DNA of 64,000 nt from Planctomycetota bacterium (GCA_043806315.1 JAZDHF010000280.1:2972-66971), one strand, 5' to 3'. Counted from the stretch's first letter, positions 52,263 to 61,598 are shown. Notes: generated by a model not told the origin, from the letters alone. Made by a program: numbers and translations.

Positions 52263-53477
52263 ATGCACGAGCCGGTCCTCGAGGATATGAAACGCAGTAT
52301 CGGGTTCACCGCGGAGGATGCGGTGAACGTTCGTTCCCTCGCCCATCCCGCAGCCCGGTTGGCGCCGGCGGTGGTCGAACGGTTTTACGAGGAATTGCTG
52401 CGGCAGCCCGGCGCGGCGGCGGTCTTCACGGGCGGCGCGGAACAGATTGCTCGACTACGGGGGTCGCTGTCCGCATGGCTGCGCGAGGTGTTTGGGGGTG
52501 CTTACGACCAGAACTACTTCCAAAAACGGTTGCGGATCGGAAGAGCCCATGTGCGGGTGGGCCTGCCGCAACACTTCATGGTCGCCGGAATGGAGATCAT
52601 CTGGACGGAGCTGGAACGCGGGTTGCGGACGGGTTCCGGGGACGGCGCGGGGGCGGTGCTTCGCTCGCTGCATAAGCTGCTGATGCTCGATTTGGCCATC
52701 ATGTTGGAGAGCTACAAGGAGAGCCATTCGGAGCAGGTCCGCAGCGCGGAACGCCGGGCGGTCAAGGAGCAACTGACGCGGGCGGAACACTTGGCCGAGA
52801 TCGGGCAGTTGGCGGCATCGCTGGCCCACGAGATCAAGAACCCCCTAGCGGGCATCAGCGGGGCGATTCAGATCATGCGCGACGGAATGCGGGCCGACGA
52901 TCCCCACCGCCCGATCGTCAACGAGATTCTGGGACAGATCAGCCGATTGGACGCGACGGTCAAGGACCTGCTGTTTTATGCCCGCCCCAACCCGCCGCGT
53001 GCGACGACCTTGGCCCTGGGCGACGTAGTCACTCGCGTGTTGACCTTGCTTCGAGAGGAACCGTCGCTACAGCGCGTGCGGATCATCCATGAGCCGGGGC
53101 CTTCGGACGCCGCCATCCACGCGGACGATACGCAGATCGAGCAGCTTCTCATCAACCTGATTCTCAACGCCGCCCATGCCTCGCCCGACGGCGGGGCGAT
53201 CCACCTGCGGATCACCAAGCACGCCGGGCGTATTCGACTGGCCGTGCTGGACCGCGGTACGGGGATGACGCCGGAGGTGCGGGACCAGGCCTTCGAGCCG
53301 TTCTTCACCACCAAGGCGAAAGGCACGGGGCTGGGGCTTTCGATCTGCCGGCGGATTGTGGACGCCCACGGCGGCAACATCGAACTGGAGAGCGAACTGG
53401 GCCGGGGCACGACGGTGATCGTGGACCTACCCGCGGGCGGGGCCGGGGTTCTGCAAGCGACGGGAGCGGAACGATGA
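52263..53477 (+). CDS. Globin-coupled sensor histidine kinase
   Basis: N-terminal protoglobin-like domain (RLRIGRAHVRVGLPQHF). H-box SLAHEIKNPL. N and G boxes LILNAAHA, DRGTGM and GTGLGL. Confidence 0.7.
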   Translation: MHEPVLEDMKRSIGFTAEDAVNVRSLAHPAARLAPAVVERFYEELLRQPGAAAVFTGGAEQIARLRGSLSAWLREVFGGAYDQNYFQKRLRIGRAHVRVGLPQHFMVAGMEIIWTELERGLRTGSGDGAGAVLRSLHKLLMLDLAIMLESYKESHSEQVRSAERRAVKEQLTRAEHLAEIGQLAASLAHEIKNPLAGISGAIQIMRDGMRADDPHRPIVNEILGQISRLDATVKDLLFYARPNPPRATTLALGDVVTRVLTLLREEPSLQRVRIIHEPGPSDAAIHADDTQIEQLLINLILNAAHASPDGGAIHLRITKHAGRIRLAVLDRGTGMTPEVRDQAFEPFFTTKAKGTGLGLSICRRIVDAHGGNIELESELGRGTTVIVDLPAGGAGVLQATGAER

Positions 53478-54838
53478 CGATCCGGGTCCTCATCGTCGAA
53501 GATGAGAAGCTCATCCGCTGGTCGTTGCGGCAGAAGCTCTCCGCCCGGGGATACCAGGTCACGGACGTGGAGAACGGCAAAGCGGCGTTCGAGGCCATCA
53601 ACGCCGGGGTCTACGATCTGATCCTGCTCGACTACAAGCTGCCGGACACCACGGGTTTGGACATTCTACGCAAGGTCCGCGAGACCGACGGGGACGTGGT
53701 GGTCATTATGATGACCGCCTATTCGAGCATCGAGAGCGCGGTCGATGCGATCAAACTGGGGGCCTATGACTACATCACCAAGCCGTTCGACATGGACCAT
53801 GTCCTGCGGACCGCGGACAAAGCCCTGGAAACGACGACGCTGCGGCGCGAGGTGCGGGAGCTGCGCCGACACATCGAACACGACTACGCCATCGGCCGGA
53901 TCATCGGGCGCGACCCGTGCATGTTGGAGCTGTTCGAGGTTGTCAAACGGGTGGCCGAGAGCGGGGCGTCCACGGTGTTCCTCCGCGGCGACTCGGGCAC
54001 GGGCAAGGACCTGATCGCCCGGGTGATCCACTACAACTCGGACCGCGCCCCGCGGCCTTTTATGAACATCACCTGCACGGCGCTTTCCGAGACGCTGCTG
54101 GAGAGCGAGCTTTTCGGACATGAGAAGGGCGCGTTCACCGACGCCAAAAACACCAAGAAGGGTCTGTTTGAGTTGGCGGACGGAGGCACGATCTTCCTCG
54201 ATGAGGTCGGGGATATGCCCCTGGGTCTACAGGCGAAGCTCTTGCGTTTTCTGGAAGAGCGCATGTTCCGGCGGGTGGGCGGGACGACGGAAATCTCCGT
54301 CGACGTGCGAGTGATCGCGGCCTCGAACCGGGACATCGAGAAGGCCATGGAGGAGCGGAAGTTTCGCAACGACCTGATGTTCCGGCTGAATGTGATCCCG
54401 ATTTATCTTCCGCCGTTACGGACGCGAGGGGACGACGTGCGGCTGCTGACGCAGCATTTTGTCGATACCTTCGCCCAGGAGTTTCGCAAACCGATTCAGC
54501 GCATCGACGAAGAGGCGTACGTGAAGCTGGCGGGCTATTCTTGGCCGGGGAACGTGCGCGAGCTGCGCAACGTCCTCGAACGGGCCGTGCTGCTGTGCAA
54601 AGGCGACACCATCGGGGCCGACGATGTCGTCGTGGGCCGGGTCGATTCAGCGGGCGCTTTCCTCGACCTCAGCCACATCACCTTACCGCCCGGCGGGCTG
54701 GATCTTCGGGAGCTGGAAAGCAGGCTGATCCACCAGGCGATGACCCGGACGAACAACAATCAGACCAAGGCCGCCAAGCTGCTCAAGCTCAGCCGCGACG
54801 CCCTGCGCACCCGGCTGGAGAAGCTGGGGATTGTGTGA
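53474..54838 (+). CDS. Sigma-54-dependent response regulator (NtrC family)
   Basis: Receiver domain, AAA+ domain (GDSGTGKD, ESELFGHEKGAFTDA) and C-terminal Fis-type HTH. Its start overlaps the kinase stop. Confidence 0.9.
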   Translation: MTIRVLIVEDEKLIRWSLRQKLSARGYQVTDVENGKAAFEAINAGVYDLILLDYKLPDTTGLDILRKVRETDGDVVVIMMTAYSSIESAVDAIKLGAYDYITKPFDMDHVLRTADKALETTTLRREVRELRRHIEHDYAIGRIIGRDPCMLELFEVVKRVAESGASTVFLRGDSGTGKDLIARVIHYNSDRAPRPFMNITCTALSETLLESELFGHEKGAFTDAKNTKKGLFELADGGTIFLDEVGDMPLGLQAKLLRFLEERMFRRVGGTTEISVDVRVIAASNRDIEKAMEERKFRNDLMFRLNVIPIYLPPLRTRGDDVRLLTQHFVDTFAQEFRKPIQRIDEEAYVKLAGYSWPGNVRELRNVLERAVLLCKGDTIGADDVVVGRVDSAGAFLDLSHITLPPGGLDLRELESRLIHQAMTRTNNNQTKAAKLLKLSRDALRTRLEKLGIV

Positions 54839-54874
54839 ACCCGCGAGGCGTCGCAGTCGGGTCGCCGCAGTGAA

Positions 54875-57800
54875 CTATCGCACGTTGAAGTACTTCGCAT
54901 GTCGGTGGTGGGTGATGAGGGCGGTGGTGGTCTGCTCGGGTTCGAGTTGGAACTCCTCGGAGAGCGTGACGCCGATGCGGCCCGGTTCCAGCAGCGGCCA
55001 GAGCTTTAGTTGATCTTCCAGTCGCGGGCAGGCGGGGTAGCCGAAGCTGTACCGCGAGCCCTGGTAGCGCTGTTTGAAGATTTCCTGCCGCTGCCGGGCG
55101 TCGTGTCCGGCGATGCCCCATTCCACGCGGATTTGCTTGTGAATGTATTCGGCCAATGCTTCCGCTGATTCCACGCCTAGTCCGTGAAGATGCAGGTAGT
55201 CCTGATAACGATCCTGCGCGAACCATTCCCGTGCCACCGCGCTGACACGCCGCCCCGCGGTGACGACGCTGAACGCGGCCACGTCGTAGACGCCGCTGGA
55301 GACCGGCTTGAAGAAGTCGCTCAAGCACCAGTACGGCGGCTTGCCCATGCGCGGAAACTCAAAGACGCTCAATTGCCGATCGCGGTCGTCGGGGTCATAG
55401 ACAATCAGGGCGTCGCCGTCGGACTGCATGGGCCAGAAGCCATAGACGGCCTGTAATTGCAGAATGTTCTCCCGCTCACACTGTTCCAACAGTCGCCGCA
55501 AGATTGGTCGGACCTCGTCATTGATGTAGCGTTTGAAATCCTCCGGACTGCGGCGGTGCTTGCGATACTGCCATTGCACCTGGAAGAGCATGTTCTCGTT
55601 CAAATAGGCAAGGGCCGCGCGGGCGTCGATTCGCTCCACCACCCGCCGACCCCAGAAGGGCGGCTGCGGGACAGGTTCGTCGCGGGAGATATCCGATCGC
55701 GGCGGGATGTAGCCGAAACGTTCGGAGGCTTCCTCGTGGAGATCGGCCCCGAAGTTCGAAGTTCGAAGTTCGAAGTTCGAAGAAAGGGGGACTGCTGCCG
55801 GCGAGTTGTCTTTGAACTTCGACCTTTGAACTTTGACCTTCTCATGGGGTTCGAAGGGGCCCGCGACGATCTGGTCCATCAAATGCAGACCCGCGAAGGC
55901 ATCCTTGGCATAGAACAGTGAACCACTGTATTCGGGCCGAAGGTCCTGCTCGACGTACTTTCGCGTCAGGGCGGCCCCGCCGAGGATGACCGGGGGGTCG
56001 AGTCCCCGCTCATTCAAGACCGCGAGATTCTCACGCATCACGACGGTGGACTTGACCAGCAGCCCGGACATGCCGATGGCGTCGGCGTTGTTTTTCTCAT
56101 AGGCCTCGATGATGTTGTTGATCGGCTGCTTGATGCCCAGGTTGAAAACCGTATATCCGTTGTTGGTCAGAATGATATCGACGAGGTTCTTGCCGATGTC
56201 GTGAACGTCGCCGCGGACGGTGGCGAGCACGATCGACCCCTTGCCGCCTTGGTCGGCCTTGTCGAGGTGCGGTTCGAGGAAGCGGACGGCGGCCTTCATC
56301 GTCTCCGCCGATTGCAGCACGAAAGGCAACTGCATCTGCCCCGCCCCGAACAGGTCGCCGACGGTCTTCATCCCGTCGAGCAGAATATCGTTGATGATGT
56401 CGAGAGGGCGATGGGTCAGCATGGCCTCTTCGAGGTCTTCATCCAGACCGACGCGGTCGCCGTTGATGATCCGCAGCTTCAGATGATCCTCGACGTTTTT
56501 GGGTTTCTCCGTCTCCGCCGCAGCCGCCGTTTCGACGTTCTCGAATGCTCTCAGTAGTTCCTGCAGCGGGTCATAGCCGTCGCGGCGGCGATCGAAGATC
56601 AAATCCTCGGCGAAGCGGCGATGTTCTTCGTCGATCTTGAATAACGGCACGATTCGGGAGACGTGCAGGATGGCTGCGTCCAGACCGCGCTCGCGGGCGT
56701 GGTGCAAAAAGACGCTGTTGAGCACGCGCCTCGCGGGGGCCTTAATCCCGAAGCTGATGTTGCTCAGACCCAGCAGAGTGTGCACGCCGGGGCATTCATC
56801 CTTGATCGCAGCGATCGCGTCCAAGGTTTCCAAGCCGAGACGCCGGTCATCCTCGTTGCCCGTGCAGATGGTGAAGGTGAGGGGGTCGAAAATCAGGTCG
56901 CCGGCGCGAATGCCGTGGCGGTTGGTCACCAGATCGAAAATGCGTTTGGCGACTTCGACCTTTCGCCCGCACGTCTTGGCCATTCCCTGCTCGTCGATGG
57001 TGAGGGCGATGAGTGCCGCGCCGTGACGCTTGGCCAGACGGCAGACCTTGTCCAGCCGATCCTCGCCGTCTTCGAGGTTGATGGAGTTGATGACGCATTT
57101 GCCGCCGGCGAGCTTGAGGGAGGCCTCGAGCACCGGCACTTCCGTGCTGTCGATGACCAGCGGCGCGGTGACGTCGGTGACGAAGCGCCTGAGCACCGCG
57201 GTCATGTCCGCGACCTCGTCGCGTCCGACGTAGGCCGCACAGACGTCGAGCAGGTGGCTGCCGTATTTCACCTGCTCGCGGCCCATCTGCACCATGCCGT
57301 CCACGTCCCCGGCGGCCAGCAGTTCACGGAACCGCTTCGACCCGTTGGCGTTGGTTCGCTCGCCGATGGCCAGCACTTCGCCGTCTTGTCGCAAGGTCAC
57401 GGCCTGGTAGAGACTGCTCACCGACGGTTCGAGCTTGGCACGGCGGGGCCTGGGCGCTCGTGACCCGACGGCGTCAACGACGGCGGCCAAGTGCGCCGGC
57501 GTCGTCCCGCAGCAGCCGCCGACGATGTTCACCCCGTCCACCTCAATGAACTCGACCAGCCACCGGGTCAGCTCCGCGGGCGTGAGGGCGTAGTAGGGTT
57601 TCCCGTTGACGAGCTGCGGCAGGCCGGCGTTGGGCTGGACGATGAGCAGTCGATCGCTGTGTCCGCTGAGGTAGCGGACGTGTTCGCTCATCTCCTGCGG
57701 CCCGGTCGCGCAGTTCAGACCGATGCCGACGACCTCGTCGTAGGCCGCGATCGCGGTCAACGCCGCAGCGATCTCCGTGCCCAGGAGCATCGTTCCGGTC

Positions 57801-58384
57801 GTTTCGATCGTGACCGTGCAGAGGATCGGAACCTGCCGACCCTTCTCGGTCATCGCGTCGATACAAGCGACGATGGCCGACTTGCATTGCAGCAAGTCCT
57901 GACACGTTTCGAGGAGCAGGGCATCGACCCCGCCGTCGAGCAGTCCTCGCCCTTGCTCGGTATAGCTGTCGAGGATTTCGTCCCAGGTCGTCTGCCCGAG
58001 CGACGGCACCCGCGTGCCGGGCCCCATTGAACCGATGACGAAGCGCGGACGGTCGGGCTTGTCGAACTCTCGGACGGCGTCGCGGGCGATTTCCGCGGCC
58101 TTTTTGTTGATCTCGTAGGTGCGCTCGGCGATTCCGAAATCCGAGAAGACGATCTTGTTGGCCCCGAAGGTGTTGGTCATCACCGCGTCGCAGCCGACGG
58201 AAAGGAACGATCGGTGAATGTCGCGCACGACGTCGGGCCGGGTGGCCGTCACGATGTCCACACAGTTCTCGTGGCCTTCGTAGTCGCTCAGGGGCAACTC
58301 GCGCGCATGGATGCTCGTCCCCATGGCCCCGTCGAGGACGAGCACCCGCTCCCGAAGGGCCTGGATGAATGGTGATTCGGTCAT
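54875..58384 (-). CDS. metH: Cobalamin-dependent methionine synthase
   Basis: 1169 aa from MTESPFIQAL. Hcy and pterin barrels, B12 motif GDVHDIGKN and a C-terminal AdoMet-activation domain. Confidence 0.9.
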   Translation of the reverse strand: MTESPFIQALRERVLVLDGAMGTSIHARELPLSDYEGHENCVDIVTATRPDVVRDIHRSFLSVGCDAVMTNTFGANKIVFSDFGIAERTYEINKKAAEIARDAVREFDKPDRPRFVIGSMGPGTRVPSLGQTTWDEILDSYTEQGRGLLDGGVDALLLETCQDLLQCKSAIVACIDAMTEKGRQVPILCTVTIETTGTMLLGTEIAAALTAIAAYDEVVGIGLNCATGPQEMSEHVRYLSGHSDRLLIVQPNAGLPQLVNGKPYYALTPAELTRWLVEFIEVDGVNIVGGCCGTTPAHLAAVVDAVGSRAPRPRRAKLEPSVSSLYQAVTLRQDGEVLAIGERTNANGSKRFRELLAAGDVDGMVQMGREQVKYGSHLLDVCAAYVGRDEVADMTAVLRRFVTDVTAPLVIDSTEVPVLEASLKLAGGKCVINSINLEDGEDRLDKVCRLAKRHGAALIALTIDEQGMAKTCGRKVEVAKRIFDLVTNRHGIRAGDLIFDPLTFTICTGNEDDRRLGLETLDAIAAIKDECPGVHTLLGLSNISFGIKAPARRVLNSVFLHHARERGLDAAILHVSRIVPLFKIDEEHRRFAEDLIFDRRRDGYDPLQELLRAFENVETAAAAETEKPKNVEDHLKLRIINGDRVGLDEDLEEAMLTHRPLDIINDILLDGMKTVGDLFGAGQMQLPFVLQSAETMKAAVRFLEPHLDKADQGGKGSIVLATVRGDVHDIGKNLVDIILTNNGYTVFNLGIKQPINNIIEAYEKNNADAIGMSGLLVKSTVVMRENLAVLNERGLDPPVILGGAALTRKYVEQDLRPEYSGSLFYAKDAFAGLHLMDQIVAGPFEPHEKVKVQRSKFKDNSPAAVPLSSNFELRTSNFGADLHEEASERFGYIPPRSDISRDEPVPQPPFWGRRVVERIDARAALAYLNENMLFQVQWQYRKHRRSPEDFKRYINDEVRPILRRLLEQCERENILQLQAVYGFWPMQSDGDALIVYDPDDRDRQLSVFEFPRMGKPPYWCLSDFFKPVSSGVYDVAAFSVVTAGRRVSAVAREWFAQDRYQDYLHLHGLGVESAEALAEYIHKQIRVEWGIAGHDARQRQEIFKQRYQGSRYSFGYPACPRLEDQLKLWPLLEPGRIGVTLSEEFQLEPEQTTTALITHHRHAKYFNVR
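55751..55841. repeat. Heptamer-armed hairpin element in frame inside metH
   Basis: Arms at 55751-55782 ((GAAGTTC)x4) and 55810-55841. Translated as KVKVQRSKFKDNSPAAVPLSSNFELRTSNF in the linker between the B12 and activation domains. Confidence 0.8.
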
Positions 58385-58474
58385 ATTGGGTGCCACTGGC
58401 GGCTCGTCCGCCAGTGCGGTCGCACGGCGCAACATCGAGCGACCGTAGCGTTCATCGCCCGCCCGAGGCGAGTC

Positions 58475-58662
58475 GCCCCGGAGGGGCGGTCGACCGTAGC
58501 CCACGACTTCAGTCGTGGGACCAGGGACGACGCTCGATCTTTCCCCCTCCCCCATCCCGCCGCCGGCGGCGGCGGGGAAGGGGGAGGGGGTTCTCTTTTC
58601 AGACGCGCCGGTTCCCAGGGCCGAAGGCCCTGGACTACGTTCGCCACGCCCCTAACGGGGCG
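58475..58662. repeat. Cluster of GC-rich hairpins in the metH / zinc-ribbon-gene divergent region
   Basis: Hairpins at 58500-58519, 58543-58590 (about 20-bp stem), 58615-58633 and 58647-58662. Confidence 0.5.
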
Positions 58663-58786
58663 TGATGAACCCCGAATCTATCGGTCGCCAGTCGGCCAAA
58701 CCGCTCGACAGTCTATCGGAAACATCCGGCCCGTTCTATGCGGCGTGCACCGTGGGGGGAGCGTATAATCGGTAGGCATCGAGGTC

Positions 58787-59275
58787 TTGGCGGGTGTGGA
58801 CGGAAGGCAGCCAATGACACGCTCGAGAGACAAGCGGTGGTTCTGCATCACGGTCTGGTGCAGCGTTTTGATTCTGTCCCTCTTTGTACTCAGCTCTCGC
58901 AGGGAGTTTGGCTACTTGGGGCCGACCGTCGTATGCGGGTTCACGCACGGCTGCGTCGCCTTGGGTCTCAACATCGGACCCAATCCCCGCGGTTGGTTCC
59001 TTGAGCACGCAGACTTCGAGCCGAGGATAACCTGGTGGCCGCTCATCGTACCGAACACGGCACTCAAAGCTGTCGCGATGCCCTTGTGGATCCTATTTGT
59101 GATAACTGCCGCCATTGCCGTTGTCTCATGGCGACGGCTCCGCGCGTGTGCGCCCGGTCGCTGCCAGAAATGTGATTACGACCTCACCGGGAACGAGTCG
59201 GGCGTGTGCCCGGAATGCGGGACGAGAATCGCAAATGCCGAAAAGCCGAAACGTCGAAACGCCGAAATCCCATAG
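58787..59275 (+). CDS. Membrane protein with C-terminal CxxC-x-YDLTGN-x-SG-x-CPECG zinc ribbon, paralog 1
   Basis: 162 aa, two predicted TM helices, motif at 59162-59221. Alternative start at 58814. Confidence 0.6.
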   Translation: MAGVDGRQPMTRSRDKRWFCITVWCSVLILSLFVLSSRREFGYLGPTVVCGFTHGCVALGLNIGPNPRGWFLEHADFEPRITWWPLIVPNTALKAVAMPLWILFVITAAIAVVSWRRLRACAPGRCQKCDYDLTGNESGVCPECGTRIANAEKPKRRNAEIP

Positions 59276-59284
59276 CGATCGAGC

Positions 59285-59752
59285 ATGTGGCAAAAGCGGT
59301 GTCCGAGTTGCAAGTCCGGCGTCCCGTGGGTGCGGCTCTTGAGCCACGGCTGGCCCGGACGGCGCTGGCCGTGCCAGCGATGCGGTACGATGCTTCGCTG
59401 GGACCTGCGTCATCGGGCCACCGGCGTGCCGGCGATGCTTCTGGTCATCAGCGCCATCGTGGCCTGGATCATGCTCAACTCATGGCTCGGGACATTGTCC
59501 GGGGACGCCTGGATTCTCGGCCTCGGCGGCTACGCGATGATCGTTCCGCTTTACCTGTGGGCCCAACGTGTGGTCACCTGGGACGGACCCCAGGAGTGCC
59601 TCTGCGGACATGTGCTGACCGGCCATACATCCGGCCCCTGCCCGGCGTGCGGGGCCAAAATCCCCATCGGCTGCAAGAGCTGCGGGTACGACCTCACCGG
59701 GAACGTGTCGGGCGTGTGCCCGGAATGCGGCGAGAAAATTCAACGCCGATGA
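59285..59752 (+). CDS. Zinc-ribbon membrane protein, paralog 2
   Basis: 155 aa. N-terminal CPSC...CQRC ribbon, TM helices, then CLCGH...CPACG and the family motif at 59672-59731. Confidence 0.6.
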   Translation: MWQKRCPSCKSGVPWVRLLSHGWPGRRWPCQRCGTMLRWDLRHRATGVPAMLLVISAIVAWIMLNSWLGTLSGDAWILGLGGYAMIVPLYLWAQRVVTWDGPQECLCGHVLTGHTSGPCPACGAKIPIGCKSCGYDLTGNVSGVCPECGEKIQRR

Positions 59753-60561
59753 TCCGCCGCTTGCTCATTATCGTCGGAGGGGTGACGGTAATACTCGCCG
59801 GTGTTTGCCTCCTCAGCCACGTCCGGCAATTCGGCTACGTCGGCTCTTGGCAGTCCATCGGGCTGCGGGACGGGAAGCTCTGGTACATTTGGCGCGTCAC
59901 GCCGATCTCCGACGGAGAGGGTTTTTACGTCGATGACGCCTCAGCCGTCAACCGCGCCATGTACCAGATCAGCATGGGGGCCCGGTGGCGGGAGAAGCCG
60001 GTCTGGCCTTGGCTGCTGGGTATTCTGGCGGTTGTTGGATACTCGCTGATTCTGCCCCCGATCCGGCGGCTCTGGAAGCGTCCGGCCCCGCGGTGGCTAA
60101 TCGGCGTACTCACGGCTGCCTGTGTTCTCTTTGCGGCCCTGTGGACGACGAGTCATCTCGCGGCGGTGACGTTCGACGGTTCACAGGTCCATTTTCGCCT
60201 TTCAGAGGGGGCCGCGTGGGTGCTTTTCGATCGACACCGGAACTACGCGAGCCTCCCGTGGGGTACGGGATGGAACGTTTATCGCGCTAACCTTCCGCTT
60301 GTCGTCGACACCGGAGGGTACTTTACTTGGCGGGGCGGAAACATCACATTGAGTCTGCCGCTCGGAGTTCTGCTGGTGTTCTTCGCTGTGCCGACGATCG
60401 TGCTCGCCCGCCCGGATCGGAGAGCCTGGACCGGCTATTGCAAGCGTTGCGCCTACGACCTCACCGGCAACGAGTCGGGGGCATGCCCGGAATGCGGGAC
60501 GCCGACGGGGGTTGGTGACAAGGTGCTGGGACCGAGCAGAGATCAGCCCCTTCAGGACTAG
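59749..60561 (+). CDS. Zinc-ribbon membrane protein, paralog 3
   Basis: 270 aa from the ATG at 59749, which overlaps the paralog 2 stop (ATGA). Family motif at 60439-60498. Confidence 0.6.
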   Translation: MIRRLLIIVGGVTVILAGVCLLSHVRQFGYVGSWQSIGLRDGKLWYIWRVTPISDGEGFYVDDASAVNRAMYQISMGARWREKPVWPWLLGILAVVGYSLILPPIRRLWKRPAPRWLIGVLTAACVLFAALWTTSHLAAVTFDGSQVHFRLSEGAAWVLFDRHRNYASLPWGTGWNVYRANLPLVVDTGGYFTWRGGNITLSLPLGVLLVFFAVPTIVLARPDRRAWTGYCKRCAYDLTGNESGACPECGTPTGVGDKVLGPSRDQPLQD

Positions 60562-60590
60562 TCGAGTCCGTGCGGAATCCATCCGCTCCC

Positions 60591-61598
60591 TCACGGTCGC
60601 GGCTCGGATCGTCCGCTCGCTTGCGCTTGCGGCTCTGATGACTGGCGCGACTTCGTAGGTGCATCGCGCGCCGGCATCGCCGCTCCGATCACACCCGCGT
60701 CGTCGCCGAGGCGCGAGGGATGCACGGTTACACGCCGCGTGAAGTCGTCGTCGCGGGAGCGAAGGTGGATCGCGGTTTGTTCGACCAAACAGGGCAACGC
60801 GGTAATCACTCCGCCGCCGAGGCAGACGAGAACCGCAAACGGATCGGTTCCATCAGAGCCGCGACCGTGAGGGAGCGGGCAATCTTGGATTTGAGATTTG
60901 AGATTGCAGATGCCCGAGACCAGGGCGTCGGCGACCCGAGCCACAATGACCCGAGCGGCGGGTTCGCATCGTCCCCAGGCCGATTGCAGACCCGCCAAGC
61001 CATCCTCGTACGCCATCGTCGCGGCCTGTCGCTCCAACGCCGGGCCTGAGGCGATCGTTTCCAGACATCCTCGGAGGCCGCACGGACACGGCGCGGCCTC
61101 GGGTCCGTCGTCAACAGCCAGAACTTCCCAATGCGTCCTCCGATCGATGCCCGTCGATTGGAATCTGCCGTCGACGACGATCCCGCAGGCGACGCCGGTG
61201 CCGAGACGAAGATGCACGAAGGCCCCCGGTCGTGGTGTGCAAGCGGAGTACTCACCCCAAGTGGCCGCGTCGGCGTCGGACATCAGCGCAACCGGAAGCC
61301 CGATACGGTTTGCCAGTTCTTCGCGGATCGGACGACTTTCCAAGAAAGGAAGGTTCACCGAACGGACGAGCACCCCGCGCTCACGATCGACAATCCCCGG
61401 GAGGGCCAAGCCGACGGCGCTCGTAGGCCCACTCTCGGATTCCGACCGAATCCGCTGGATTTCCAGGGCGATCCAATCAAAAAGTTCGTCACCGCTGCGG
61501 GGGGTCGGCGCTCGTCGAGGGGAGAGAATCCGGCCGTCCGGATCAAGCGCGGCCACGCGAATCTGCGTGCCTCCGACGTCGATGCCGATGGTGAACAT
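60591..61598 (-). CDS. ROK-family sugar kinase
   Basis: MFTIGIDVGGTQIRVA and the ROK zinc motif CPCGLRGCLE. ATG at 61598 is preferred over the TTG at 61613, which lies in a repeat. Confidence 0.8.
   Translation of the reverse strand: MFTIGIDVGGTQIRVAALDPDGRILSPRRAPTPRSGDELFDWIALEIQRIRSESESGPTSAVGLALPGIVDRERGVLVRSVNLPFLESRPIREELANRIGLPVALMSDADAATWGEYSACTPRPGAFVHLRLGTGVACGIVVDGRFQSTGIDRRTHWEVLAVDDGPEAAPCPCGLRGCLETIASGPALERQAATMAYEDGLAGLQSAWGRCEPAARVIVARVADALVSGICNLKSQIQDCPLPHGRGSDGTDPFAVLVCLGGGVITALPCLVEQTAIHLRSRDDDFTRRVTVHPSRLGDDAGVIGAAMPARDAPTKSRQSSEPQAQASGRSEPRP

Noticed and set aside
58385-58555. N-terminal 57-aa extension of the metH ORF
   Set aside because: The extension translates REP-like hairpin DNA. 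The canonical MetH N-terminus (MTESPFIQALRERVLVLDGAMGT) begins at the ATG at 58384.
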